A stretch of DNA of 64,000 bases. It comes from Elusimicrobiota bacterium. Its GTDB lineage: Bacteria; Elusimicrobiota; Elusimicrobia; UBA1565; UBA9628. The notes beneath the pieces were generated by a model. It searched no databases and was not told the origin of the DNA. It worked only from the letters and a program-made list of their open reading frames with translations. Numbering within the stretch: position 1 is the stretch's first letter; each line of letters starts with the position of its first letter. The stretch lies in NCBI GenBank assembly GCA_016209035.1, contig JACQWX010000005.1:6688-70687 (forward strand). Direction: 5' to 3'. The position numbers and the translations under genes are program-made. This document shows, in pieces, positions 52,378 through 61,854 of the stretch.

Positions 52378-53434
52378 AGACCCTCGGCAGGTGGCTGCTG
52401 GCGGCGGTCCGGCGCACGGGCAGGAGCGCCTCGTCGCCGACCCGCGCCCCAGGGGTCGCGCTCACGTCGAGCAGGGTGTGGGAGATGGCGGTGTGGCCGA
52501 TGAAAGGCGCTTTCCTGCCCCTGAGCATCGCCCAATACTGGTAGCCCGCGCCCAGGCTGATGTCCCTCTTCTCCGGCACCATGGTCAGTCCGTCCGAGTA
52601 GCCGACCGGGACCGTGGCCACGAGCATCCTGCGGGGGGCGACGTACTCGCTGGCGTAACCGATGGAGCTTCCTTTGGCGACCCGGCGCAGGGCGATCACG
52701 CGGGCGTGGAAGCGCCAGGGGTCCTTCAAGGGGGCCTTCTTCCAGACCGAAGGGTTGATTCCGTACATCAGGTTGCCTATCCGCGCCATGTCGAACTGCC
52801 AATGGGGGAAGTCCATGAGCACCGAGCTGTTGGCGGCGTGGCAGACGAGGCCTGGGAACCGGCGCTTCAAGGCCCGGCCGATGCGGCCGAAAGCCGCCAG
52901 CTTCTCCTCGGCCTCGACGGCGTTCTTCCCCGCGACGTAGTCGATGTGGGCGGAGAGGCCCGCCAGTCGGACCTTCCTCATGCTGGACAAGGCCGACACG
53001 AAGCCCCGCAGGCTCCCGGGCGGGATGCCCCACCGGCCCAGCCCGAAGTCGAGGTCCAGGTGGACGGGGAAGCCCGCGCCCTTCCTGGCGGCGCCCGCGG
53101 CCGCGTCGAAGGCCCGGGCAACCGCCAGGGTGTCGCTGGTGGGGGCGAGCCTCCAACGGACCGCCTCGGCCGCAGCCTCCGGGAGCATGGGAGAGAGCAG
53201 GTGCACCGGGAGCTTCAAGCCGGCCTGCCGCAGGGCCCTTCCTTCCTCCACGGTGAGGACCCCGAGGCGGTGCGCCCCGCAGTCCGCGGCGGCCTTGGCC
53301 ACCTGCGCGGCCCCGTGGCCGTAGCCGTCCGCCTTGACCACGGCCATGAGCCGGACGCCGGTCCCGAGCCTGGAGAGCGTCCAACGGATGTTGGCCCGGA
53401 CCGCGTCCAAGTCGATCTCGATCCACTTCAGCAT
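52370..53434 (-). CDS. alr: alanine racemase
   Basis: AVVKADGYGHG PLP-lysine motif; start MLKWIEIDLDAVRANI. Confidence 0.8.
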   Translation of the reverse strand: MLKWIEIDLDAVRANIRWTLSRLGTGVRLMAVVKADGYGHGAAQVAKAAADCGAHRLGVLTVEEGRALRQAGLKLPVHLLSPMLPEAAAEAVRWRLAPTSDTLAVARAFDAAAGAARKGAGFPVHLDLDFGLGRWGIPPGSLRGFVSALSSMRKVRLAGLSAHIDYVAGKNAVEAEEKLAAFGRIGRALKRRFPGLVCHAANSSVLMDFPHWQFDMARIGNLMYGINPSVWKKAPLKDPWRFHARVIALRRVAKGSSIGYASEYVAPRRMLVATVPVGYSDGLTMVPEKRDISLGAGYQYWAMLRGRKAPFIGHTAISHTLLDVSATPGARVGDEALLPVRRTAASSHLPRVYV

Positions 53435-53553
53435 GTGCCTGCCCTCGCGCTGAAGATGGTACCATTCTTTCTGCAATTCGGCGCGGCGCGTCCGGACGCA
53501 CTAGTACCCCCGGCGATGAATTCGCAGCGAGACGGGACCGGGCCAGCGGGAGC

Positions 53554-54231
53554 CTACCAGCCCCGGAGCTGGCTGAAGAGGCCGTCCCCGCGCACGAGGA
53601 AGACCGACGCGCCGGCGTGCTCCCGGCCCTGGCCCCTGACGCGCCATCTCGCGGCCAGCACGATGGCCGCGACCGGGTCACGCGCCGTGCCCACGTTGTT
53701 GACGGCGAGGACCTCGGCCTCCATGGACGCCTTGTAGCCGGCCTTGGCCTCGATGCGGATCGGCAGGACCGAGACGCCGGTCAGGAACCTGCCCTTGCCC
53801 GCGTAGCGTCCTCCCGTGATCCGGGTGACCTGGTAGGTCACGCGGACCGCGGGCCGGCCGAGGAGGTCCTTGGTCTCGAACTCGAACCGGTCGCCTTCGG
53901 CCGGGGACCATTGGCACAGCCGCCTCCCATCCCCCAGGCCCTCGGGGATGGCGGAGGCGAAGCGCTTCCCGCAGTCCGGGAGCGCGGCATTGTCGTCGAT
54001 GACCTTCCACTTGGTCCGGCCGGCATTGACGAGGGACGCGAGGTCGATCTCCCCGTCGAAGGCGCGGCGCATGATGCAGCTCTCGGAGAGCCCCATGAGG
54101 AGGCCCCGCACGCCCGGGCCCGTGGCGTCGAAATCGACCCCCGGAAGGTCCCCGAGGCCGCCTGCCGCCGGCGCCAGCGCCGACGACGCGGTCCATGCCG
54201 CCGTGAACAAGACGCCCGTGATCCCTCTCAT
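53554..54231 (-). CDS. secreted hypothetical protein
   Basis: Signal peptide MRGITGVLFTAAWTASSALA. Confidence 0.45.
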   Translation of the reverse strand: MRGITGVLFTAAWTASSALAPAAGGLGDLPGVDFDATGPGVRGLLMGLSESCIMRRAFDGEIDLASLVNAGRTKWKVIDDNAALPDCGKRFASAIPEGLGDGRRLCQWSPAEGDRFEFETKDLLGRPAVRVTYQVTRITGGRYAGKGRFLTGVSVLPIRIEAKAGYKASMEAEVLAVNNVGTARDPVAAIVLAARWRVRGQGREHAGASVFLVRGDGLFSQLRGW

Positions 54232-54311
54232 GCTCTCCCCTCCCCGGTCGCCGGGGGATCGAGCCGGCGCCGCCTGGTGAGAGCGGCGCCGGCGACCCCT
54301 CGCGCGAAGAC

Positions 54312-54334
54312 TTGACAGCGCATCACACTGTCAA
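54312..54334. promoter_or_regulatory. inverted repeat TTGACAG-N9-CTGTCAA in the tetR/divergent-gene intergenic region; candidate TetR operator
   Basis: acTTGACAGcgcatcacaCTGTCAAaac. Confidence 0.35.
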
Positions 54335-54423
54335 AACTACGTACTACATGGTAGCATGGCGAAGAATCCCTGTCAAGGGCCCTAGGGCCCAGAGGCCCGG
54401 AAAATAGGTAGAATGCCCTCGCC

Positions 54424-55092
54424 ATGGCCAGGGCGGTGCTCCCCAAGGGCGAGAGGACGCGCCAACGCATCATCCAGACGGCGCTGCGGCTCGTCTCCAA
54501 GCACGGCTTCAGCGAGACCAGCTTCCAGATGATCGCGGACCGCCTGGCCCTGAGCCAGTCCGCGGTCCTGTATCACTTCGGGAGCAAGAACGCGCTCTTC
54601 GAGGAGATCATCAAGGCCATCGTCCAGCACAATCACGAGACGGTGAGCGCCCTCATCCAGATGACGGACGACGCCGGACAGAGGCTCGTCAAGCATTGCC
54701 TGGGCAACGTCCTCTGGGCCCTCCGCTACAGGGCCGACGGCCCGGTCCTCATCCTCCTCTACTCCCTGTCCTGCTTCGACGGGAAGTTCACGGCCCTCTT
54801 CACCCAGATGATGCAGCGCGGTCGCGAGAGGCTCATGGTGCACTTGCTGGCGGGCCGGCGGGAGGGCCTGTTCCGGCTGAAGGTGGAGCCGGCCATGGCG
54901 GCCGAGATCCTGCAGGACGCGCTCTTCGGCGCCATGCTCTACGCGATCTCGGCGCCGGAAGGCAGCGTCGACCCCGGCCGGCTCGAGGGGAAGTGGCGGC
55001 GGGTGGTCGCGGCGCACACCGGCTGGGCCGACCCGCGGCCCGTCCCGGTCGTCCTTCCGCCGACGCCGGCCTCGGGCCGGGTCTCTGGGTGA
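54424..55092 (+). CDS. TetR-family transcriptional regulator
   Basis: TRQRIIQTALRLVSKHGFSETSFQMIADRLALSQSAVLYHFGSKNALF. Confidence 0.75.
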   Translation: MARAVLPKGERTRQRIIQTALRLVSKHGFSETSFQMIADRLALSQSAVLYHFGSKNALFEEIIKAIVQHNHETVSALIQMTDDAGQRLVKHCLGNVLWALRYRADGPVLILLYSLSCFDGKFTALFTQMMQRGRERLMVHLLAGRREGLFRLKVEPAMAAEILQDALFGAMLYAISAPEGSVDPGRLEGKWRRVVAAHTGWADPRPVPVVLPPTPASGRVSG

Positions 55093-55186
55093 GACGAGAA
55101 GTGACAAGAGGGACGCCGGGCCGCTCAAATGAGGTAGCCATAGGGGCGGTGAAAATTGATATCCTACACCTATCAAGAGGGGACTC

Positions 55187-56026
55187 ATGGAAAACAGCGC
55201 GACCGACAATACGAACATGTCGTTGATGGCGATTTGGGATCGGTTGGATTCCCTTTGCAGGAGATTCTGGCAGGAGGACCGGGTGTCCGCGGTCGCCCTC
55301 CAGGCGGTGTTGGAGGAATTCCGCGGCGAGATCTCCAGGCTCGATCGGTTGGAGGAATCCTATGCCGAATTGCGCACCCAGCTCAAGAAGGAATATGACG
55401 CCGCGTACATGAAACGCTTCAAGGCCGTCGAGGAGGAGCTGGCTACCTGGCGGGAGCGCGCCGGGCCCTTGGAGGCGGCGCTCTCCGCCGAAAGGGAGCG
55501 CGTGGAGACGTTGGCGAAGGAGCTGGATGAGCAGCAAGAGGCCAACAGCGAATTCAAGGAGAAATTCTTGAAGCTGGAGTCGGAAAGAGACGCTACGCGC
55601 GCCAAGAAGATGCAGGAGTTCTATGAGGACCTCCAGCGTCGTTCGGAGCTGCTCGAGGTCAATTGGGAGGAGCGCCATCGGCACTTGGAGGCCGAATACG
55701 AGAAGAAGATCGGAGATCTGGAGAAGCTGCATGATGAGCGCGAGAAGACCCTGGAGGTCAAGAAGGAGGAGTTGTCGCATTCGTACGAGCAGCTGCTGAA
55801 GAACATCGACGCCAGGGAATCGCGGTCCATCAAGCTGGAGGAGTCCGTCCGCCAAAGGGAAGACGCCCTCAACCAGCGCACGCGGGACCTCGAAGGCGCC
55901 TATCAGGACAGGCGCCGCGAACTCGACACGCTGAAGGAGAAGCTCCAGAACGAACTCTCCGCCGTCGTGCGCGAGTATCACGGCAAGCTGGCCGCTCTGG
56001 AATCTCGGGCAGAACGGCCAAAGTAG
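55187..56026 (+). CDS. coiled-coil protein
   Basis: 279 aa, E/K/R/L-rich heptads. Confidence 0.55.
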   Translation: MENSATDNTNMSLMAIWDRLDSLCRRFWQEDRVSAVALQAVLEEFRGEISRLDRLEESYAELRTQLKKEYDAAYMKRFKAVEEELATWRERAGPLEAALSAERERVETLAKELDEQQEANSEFKEKFLKLESERDATRAKKMQEFYEDLQRRSELLEVNWEERHRHLEAEYEKKIGDLEKLHDEREKTLEVKKEELSHSYEQLLKNIDARESRSIKLEESVRQREDALNQRTRDLEGAYQDRRRELDTLKEKLQNELSAVVREYHGKLAALESRAERPK

Positions 56027-56029
56027 GCG

Positions 56030-56944
56030 ATGGGAGACGACCCGGATTCGCCGGACCGGCTGGATGGCCTTCTGCAGGAGATGAAGCGGCGGATCCAGGC
56101 GGTCCAGCTGGATCCTCCCGGGACCGCCGCCAAGCGCCCATCCTCGCCGGGAGCCCTTTCCACGGACGCATCCTCCGAGGGGGGGCCCGCGGGCGGTAGG
56201 GCGCCGCCGGGGGCGCCACGGCGGCGCCGGCTTCTCGTCTGGGCGGGAAGCGCGCTCTTGGCGGCGTCCGCCTTCGGCGCCTGGCGGCTCGGCTGGCGGG
56301 GGCGGGAGCATCGTATCCCTTGCGCCCACCCCAGCGCTCTTGCCTGGCAAGGGGATTCCCTGTGGATATCCGATTGGCATGACCAGGCGGTTTATCGGAT
56401 GAGCAAGACCCTTCTCGGTCTGCGCATGCGCCGACGGTATTCCCTGAAGGGCTCCCACATCATGGGCATGGCCGTGGCCGAGGATGCCCTGTTCGCCGTC
56501 GACTCGTGGAGTCGGCAGATCCAGCGCCGGCGTTTGGACGATCAGCTCAGCCTTGAGCGGGCTTGGCCCAGCCCGGGCCCCAATCCTTCGGCCCTCTGTT
56601 TCGATGGGAAGTACTTGTGGTCCGTCGACAAGGACCGGCGGCTCCTCTATCAGCATGCCCTCGATGAGCGGCTGACGGTGCTCAACTCCTACCCCTTGGA
56701 ACACGCCCCGATCGGGATCTCTCTGAGAAAGGGATGCTTCTGGACCGTGGACGAGAGGGCCCGCACGTTCTATCTCCTCAGGGCGACCCAGCAGACGCAA
56801 GCCGGAGCCTTCGGCTTGGCGGAGCTCGACGGCGTGTCCGCCCCGCTCTCGTCTTTCTCTTGGCGCGGGGACAGTCTCTGGATCGGCTTCGATGGTCTGG
56901 CTCGACTCATCGAGCGTCCCAAGCGGCGCTTGGGCCGGCGATAG
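56030..56944 (+). CDS. membrane-anchored protein with four W-x-GDSLW-like repeats (small beta-propeller-like)
   Basis: WQGDSLWISDW, FDGKYLWSVDKD, KGCFWTVDER, WRGDSLWIGFDG. Confidence 0.5.
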   Translation: MGDDPDSPDRLDGLLQEMKRRIQAVQLDPPGTAAKRPSSPGALSTDASSEGGPAGGRAPPGAPRRRRLLVWAGSALLAASAFGAWRLGWRGREHRIPCAHPSALAWQGDSLWISDWHDQAVYRMSKTLLGLRMRRRYSLKGSHIMGMAVAEDALFAVDSWSRQIQRRRLDDQLSLERAWPSPGPNPSALCFDGKYLWSVDKDRRLLYQHALDERLTVLNSYPLEHAPIGISLRKGCFWTVDERARTFYLLRATQQTQAGAFGLAELDGVSAPLSSFSWRGDSLWIGFDGLARLIERPKRRLGRR

Positions 56945-57011
56945 GGGCGGGGGTCCCGGGCGGCGCGGCCTGCGGTCCTTGACAACGTAACAGCCATGGG
57001 GTAGCCTAGTA

Positions 57012-57277
57012 AGGGCCTGTCAAACAATAACATGGTTAATTTGGAGGGCCGAGCTTGAGATGATTTCGAGGCGCGAGGAGGGAACATGGCGGGCCATGTG
57101 ACCGACGAGCAACGAAGAAATCGGCCAAGATCGGCCCTCCCCGAAGGGGCCGGGCGCTTTTGGGCTGCGCCTGCGTCGCTCGTCACTCGCATACGTTCAG
57201 TATTCTCGCTCCTCGCTCCTTGGCTCGCTCCAAAATCGCCTCGGCCAAATTGACCATGTTATTGTTTGACAGGCCCT
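57012..57277. repeat. MITE-like nested-palindromic repeat, copy 2, with 33-bp terminal inverted repeats (1 mismatch)
   Basis: agggcctgtcaaacaataacatggttaatttgg (57012-57044) against ccaaattgaccatgttattgtttgacaggccct (57245-57277). Core ~80% identical to the reverse complement of copy 1; ends 4 nt before the ATG of the next gene. Confidence 0.65.
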
Positions 57278-57281
57278 AAAC

Positions 57282-58082
57282 ATGGACCCGAGGCAGGTCG
57301 ACCCATCAGAGATCGAATCCATCAACAGCCTTGAGACCGCCAGGATCGCTTTGCGTTGGGCGTTGGAGCGCATCCGGCTCCTCGAACAAGGCGGGGCCCG
57401 CAAGGGGGGCGACTCCGTCGCCGCGGCCTACTACCGGCGGATGGATGCTCTGATCTCTGATTTCACCCATCGGAGGCTCGATGTGGGGAAGCTTCTTGAG
57501 AGAGAGGCGGAGGTCGAGGTCCTCGAGCAGCGGCTCCGCGCCCGCCGACTGGAGCTTGAACACGACGGGCTGGATAGGACCACGCGCCTGGAGGAGCAGT
57601 ATCAGCGCCTAAGGAGGGAGCTCGAGACCAGGCTGCGGAGGGAGACCGAGGCTCTCTGGAAGGATTTTTCGGCGGAGTATGATGCGTGGCGCGCGCGCGT
57701 GGCGGAGCAAGAGCGAACCTCCCGCGCGGCGGGCATGGCCCTGGAGGCCCAGAAGAAGGCCTGGATCGAAGAGGCCGTGAAGTTCGACCAGGCAGCGCAG
57801 ACGGAGCGCGGCCGCAGCATGGAGTCCTTGGCCCAGTTTCGCCATGCCACGGAGGACCTGCTGGCCCGACGCCTCGGTGACCTCGAGGCCGAGATGAAGC
57901 GGCGCGAGGAGGCGTGGAGGGCCGAGGAAGAGCGGTTGCGGTCCAGGGACCGGGAGTGGCATGACCGCCAGTCCCGGCTCGAGCACGACTATCTGAGCAA
58001 GTCCGCGGAGCTCGAGGATCTCAAGGCTGAGATGCTCCGGGCCATGCGGGGCAAAGGCAAGGAAGAGCACCCTCCGCCCTGA
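57282..58082 (+). CDS. coiled-coil protein
   Basis: 266 aa, R/E/L-rich heptads. Confidence 0.55.
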   Translation: MDPRQVDPSEIESINSLETARIALRWALERIRLLEQGGARKGGDSVAAAYYRRMDALISDFTHRRLDVGKLLEREAEVEVLEQRLRARRLELEHDGLDRTTRLEEQYQRLRRELETRLRRETEALWKDFSAEYDAWRARVAEQERTSRAAGMALEAQKKAWIEEAVKFDQAAQTERGRSMESLAQFRHATEDLLARRLGDLEAEMKRREEAWRAEEERLRSRDREWHDRQSRLEHDYLSKSAELEDLKAEMLRAMRGKGKEEHPPP

Positions 58083-58088
58083 CGCCCA

Positions 58089-60320
58089 ATGAAGGCCCGC
58101 GCGGCGAGCGTCATCGGTGCCGCCGGCCTGGCGGCCTGGCTGGCCGCCGGCGCTGCCTTCCTCGTGAGGGGCCGAGGCCATCTGCCTGGCCCGGAACAGG
58201 ACCAGAGCCCTCAGGTCGCGGTGGACTATGCCGAGCGCGGGGAAGCGCTCATCCACGGCCTGCCCGTGGACCCGGACCTGCACATGAACCTGCCGGTGTC
58301 CACGGTCTGGGCGGCCTTGGCCTTCGACCATTGGGGAGCCTCCCTCAGGTGCTACAAGACCGCTGTCCTGGCCGCGTTCCTGGTCCTGCTCGGCGCGGTC
58401 TGCGCGGCGCTCTGCCCAGGTTCTCCCTGGCCTGCCGCCATGGCGGCGGCTCTCGCGGCTTGGTGCCTGTCGCCCGACTTTCTCGTATATCCCCAGTTGG
58501 AATACGCGGTCCTGGTCGGGCTTGCGGCGGGGGCCCTGGTCTGGCGCAGTCGTCAGCCGTCTTGGCGGCGGACGCTGGTATTCTCCCTGGCCGTGGGAGC
58601 GACCCTGCTGTTCCGCTCCCCCCTGGCCTTCTTCCCGCCTTTGCTGGCGCTCGACGAATGGATCCGCATCCGGCGCAGCCGCGCAGCGCCGTACTGGCGG
58701 CGCGGCCTCATCCTGTGCGTGGTCCCGTACCTCTTCCTCATCCCGTGGACGAGGATGAACTGGCTGCTGCGCCATCAGGTCGTCGTGTTCGAGGGGGGGC
58801 AGGCCTCCACCAACATCGTCACCGGAGCCCTGGGCCTGGTGCAGACCATCGAGGGGGATTGGACCATGCTGGTGGACCCCTCCGTGGACGCGAGCCGGCC
58901 GTCCGCGGTCCTGGCTTGGGCCGCCCGGGAAGTTGGAAAGCATCCCCTGCGGTACGTCGAAGCCGTGGTCCGCAGGGCCCACCTTTGCTTGAGTCAGTTC
59001 CCGGTGCTGTGGTTCCTCGCGTTCGCGGCGTGGTGGCGGTTCCGGCGGCGGCCAGGGCATCGGCAGCTGGGGCTTCTCGCCGCGTATTTCGTCCTCATCC
59101 ACTGCGCCATGAGCGTGGACCTGCGGTACCTGACGCCGCTCTGGCCGCTCCTGGCGGTGCTGGCCGCGTCCTTGGCCGAGTTGCCGGCGTCCCCGAAGGC
59201 GGACGGGGAGCCTTGGCCGGCCCGCGCAGGCGCGGCCGCGATCCTGGCCGGCGTCCTTCTCACGCTGGGACTGACCGGCTACACCATGGCCAAAGTGTGG
59301 GCCATGGCAGGCGCCGCCGGTCTTCCCTGGAGCGACGAGGCTTGGCTCAAGAAGCTGGGGTCGTCGCCCAGGGATGCATGGCTTCTGGCCCAGAGGGCGG
59401 GCCAGCGCCTGGAGGCCGGGGACGCCGCGACCGCGGCCGAGAATCTGGCCCGGGCCGTGGGCCTGCGGCCCGACCGGGTGGACTACAGCCTCAAGCTGGA
59501 GTGGGTCCGCAACCTGAGCGGCAGGGGCGGACGCATCCTGGAGTGGCGGCTTCCTTCCACGGTCGTGGATTTCCGCGTCAAGATGGCGTTCCGGCTGTAC
59601 CGGGCCCACGCCCTCATGAGGAAGGGAGACCGCAAGGCCGCTCTGGAGGAAATCCGCAAGGCCAAGGCCATCTTCGAGGCGACCATCCGGGTCCACGGCG
59701 CCCCTGCGGAGCGCGAGAGACTGCTGGCCGAGATGCTGGTGTCCCGGGACGAGCGGTTCCCGGGCGTGGCCATGGGGTTCATGGTCGGCCTGCCGGCTCG
59801 CGAGGCCCTCTCGTTCTGCCGGGAGCTGGCCAAGGTCGAGGCCTCGGCCGATCGGCAATGCCTCGGCCTCATCGAGGCCGCGGCCGCCAGCGACCCAGGA
59901 TTCGCGGCGCAAGCCGCGAAACAAGCCGATCCTTCCGGCCTGCCGCCAACGGGACAGCATCGCCTGGCCCTGCTGCGCCAGCGCGTCGGCGACTACCGGG
60001 GCGCGGTGCGCATCCTCAAGGAGCTCGTCAAGCGGCACCCGGGCGAGGGGGTCTACTTCAGCGACCTCGGCGTCAACGAGTTCCTGGCAGGCTCCGCTGA
60101 CCAGGCTGTCGCGGACCTCAAGGTTGCGATCCGGCTCTCCCCTGACCGGCTGGCGCCGTACGCGTCCTTGGCCGCGGTCTATGCCCGACAAGGCAGGAAT
60201 GTCGAAGCCCTCAGGGTCTATGACGCGGCCCTGTCGGTCCGAGGCCAGGTCCGAGACCCCAGTGTGCGCGACGACATCGTCAAAGCCAGGAAGCTCATCC
60301 TCGAGCAGCAGGAACGATAG
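58089..60320 (+). CDS. polytopic membrane protein (GT-C/PMT-like fold possible) with C-terminal TPR domain
   Basis: At least 10 hydrophobic segments, then TPR-like repeats in the last ~250 aa. Confidence 0.55.
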   Translation: MKARAASVIGAAGLAAWLAAGAAFLVRGRGHLPGPEQDQSPQVAVDYAERGEALIHGLPVDPDLHMNLPVSTVWAALAFDHWGASLRCYKTAVLAAFLVLLGAVCAALCPGSPWPAAMAAALAAWCLSPDFLVYPQLEYAVLVGLAAGALVWRSRQPSWRRTLVFSLAVGATLLFRSPLAFFPPLLALDEWIRIRRSRAAPYWRRGLILCVVPYLFLIPWTRMNWLLRHQVVVFEGGQASTNIVTGALGLVQTIEGDWTMLVDPSVDASRPSAVLAWAAREVGKHPLRYVEAVVRRAHLCLSQFPVLWFLAFAAWWRFRRRPGHRQLGLLAAYFVLIHCAMSVDLRYLTPLWPLLAVLAASLAELPASPKADGEPWPARAGAAAILAGVLLTLGLTGYTMAKVWAMAGAAGLPWSDEAWLKKLGSSPRDAWLLAQRAGQRLEAGDAATAAENLARAVGLRPDRVDYSLKLEWVRNLSGRGGRILEWRLPSTVVDFRVKMAFRLYRAHALMRKGDRKAALEEIRKAKAIFEATIRVHGAPAERERLLAEMLVSRDERFPGVAMGFMVGLPAREALSFCRELAKVEASADRQCLGLIEAAAASDPGFAAQAAKQADPSGLPPTGQHRLALLRQRVGDYRGAVRILKELVKRHPGEGVYFSDLGVNEFLAGSADQAVADLKVAIRLSPDRLAPYASLAAVYARQGRNVEALRVYDAALSVRGQVRDPSVRDDIVKARKLILEQQER

Positions 60321-60361
60321 GGGTAGCCCAGTATTGGAAATGTAATCTGCGTATTCCATCC

Positions 60362-61162
60362 TTGGGCGTGGCCCGGCGAACTCGATTCCCGGCAGGGCGC
60401 CGTGCCGGCCGGCCTTGGGAACGGCGTTGCCGGCCGGCCCGGCGACTGTTCCTGTCGGCGGCGGCTGTCCTTTTCTGCTGCTTCTTCCCCCCGGTCTCGG
60501 CCGGCTGGGAGAACGAGTTCGATCTGAGCCTCAGTCCCGGCGCCCTGTATCCTTTCCTCGAGAGCCAGGGGATGATCAGGAAGTCCTTCACCCTGGGGCT
60601 TTGCGCCGACTGGTGGCTCGCGGACCAGATCGCGGTCGGTTTCGAGCTCCAGCAGGTCGTGGGGCACAAAGTGCCCGCCTCGTACAAGGCGCTCTTCAGG
60701 CCTGAACCGATGCTGGATTGGGAGCGCCTGCTCCGGGACCTCCGCGTCGAACTGGGCCGATCGGGCTTGGGCTACGAGATCTCCCCGGACTTCGGCGGCA
60801 GCCTCAAGCGCACGGGCTTCTCCTTCATCCCGAACCTGAAATTCGGCAAGACCATCGAGGGCTACAGGTCCATCGTGCGGGTCTACGCCTCGCTCGGGGT
60901 CGGGCTCGACCACAACGAGCTCAAGGGATCCATCTCCTTCAAGGGGAGCTACTCGGACGGAGGCTCCTTCAGCAAGACCCTGCCCATCGAGGAGATGCGC
61001 CGCAACGACATGGGGGTGAGCCTCGGGGTGGGCTTCATGATGCGGGGGATGGATTCCAGGATGTTGTGGGGGATGGACCTGCGCTACTACCGCATCATCA
61101 GGGACAACTCCGCGCCGGACGTCTTCCTCGCGCCGTCCCTCAAGTTCGGGTTCAAGTGGTAG
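60362..61162 (+). CDS. outer-membrane beta-barrel protein
   Basis: Alternating beta pattern; C-terminal ...SLKFGFKW aromatic terminus. Confidence 0.5.
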   Translation: MGVARRTRFPAGRRAGRPWERRCRPARRLFLSAAAVLFCCFFPPVSAGWENEFDLSLSPGALYPFLESQGMIRKSFTLGLCADWWLADQIAVGFELQQVVGHKVPASYKALFRPEPMLDWERLLRDLRVELGRSGLGYEISPDFGGSLKRTGFSFIPNLKFGKTIEGYRSIVRVYASLGVGLDHNELKGSISFKGSYSDGGSFSKTLPIEEMRRNDMGVSLGVGFMMRGMDSRMLWGMDLRYYRIIRDNSAPDVFLAPSLKFGFKW

Positions 61163-61186
61163 CGCCGCTCTCCTTAATAATACTCC

Positions 61187-61783
61187 ATGGCTTCCTTCTT
61201 TTGCGGGGCTTCCGTGTTCGGCCAAGCCAGCATCAGCGCGAGAAGCGGGACGGTCGAGACCTCTCCCGGGGGGGCCGTTTGGAAGCGAGTGAAGAGCATC
61301 CCCGCTCGTGTCGAGGCGTCCCAGCGGGTGCGCACCGGCCTGAAATCGTGGGCCACGCTGTCCTTTCCGGACAAGACCCGAATCGAGATGGGGGCCAACT
61401 CCTACGTGACCCTCGCCCCCGCCGACGAGACAGGGGCCGAATTGTCCCTCGACCTCGGCACCATCCATGCGTGGGTCGTGAAGCTTGTCACTCGGAAGAG
61501 GTTCATTGTACATACGCCTGCCGTGGACATGGCGGTGCGGGGCACGGAATTCACGGTCGAGATCGGAGACGGCAGGCCCTTGCGCAGTCTGCATGTTTTC
61601 TCCTGGCGTCCCTCATCGGGAGTCCGTTTGATGCCGCCACGATCAGCTGGACCGGCGCCGCCGGCGACAATAATTGGTACTCGGCCGGCAATTGGAGCCC
61701 GGCGCAGGTCCCGGCCGGGGCCGACGCCGCCGCCATCGACGCCAATGTCGCCGTCACGGTCAGCGCGAGTTCGCCCGCCATAA
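61187..61783 (+). CDS. FecR-domain protein; the reading frame appears to shift near 61590 into a W-x-G...NW...NW repeat segment (frameshift or assembly error)
   Basis: FecR-like VRTGLKSWATLSFPDKTRIEMGANSYVTL...AVRGTEFTVEI; a +2 frame then encodes ISWTGAAGDNNWYSAGNWSPAQVPAGADAAAIDANVAVTV up to 61836. Confidence 0.4.
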   Translation: MASFFCGASVFGQASISARSGTVETSPGGAVWKRVKSIPARVEASQRVRTGLKSWATLSFPDKTRIEMGANSYVTLAPADETGAELSLDLGTIHAWVVKLVTRKRFIVHTPAVDMAVRGTEFTVEIGDGRPLRSLHVFSWRPSSGVRLMPPRSAGPAPPATIIGTRPAIGARRRSRPGPTPPPSTPMSPSRSARVRPP

Positions 61784-61854
61784 GGTACAACTACACCCTG
61801 ATGAGCCATCTCGTGGGGTTCTCCTACTCGTACTGAACCAGGCGCCGGCGGGGC

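Noticed and set aside
57609-60359. 916-aa - strand ORF
   Set aside because: Antisense to the 58089-60320 membrane/TPR gene; R/G/P-rich low complexity.
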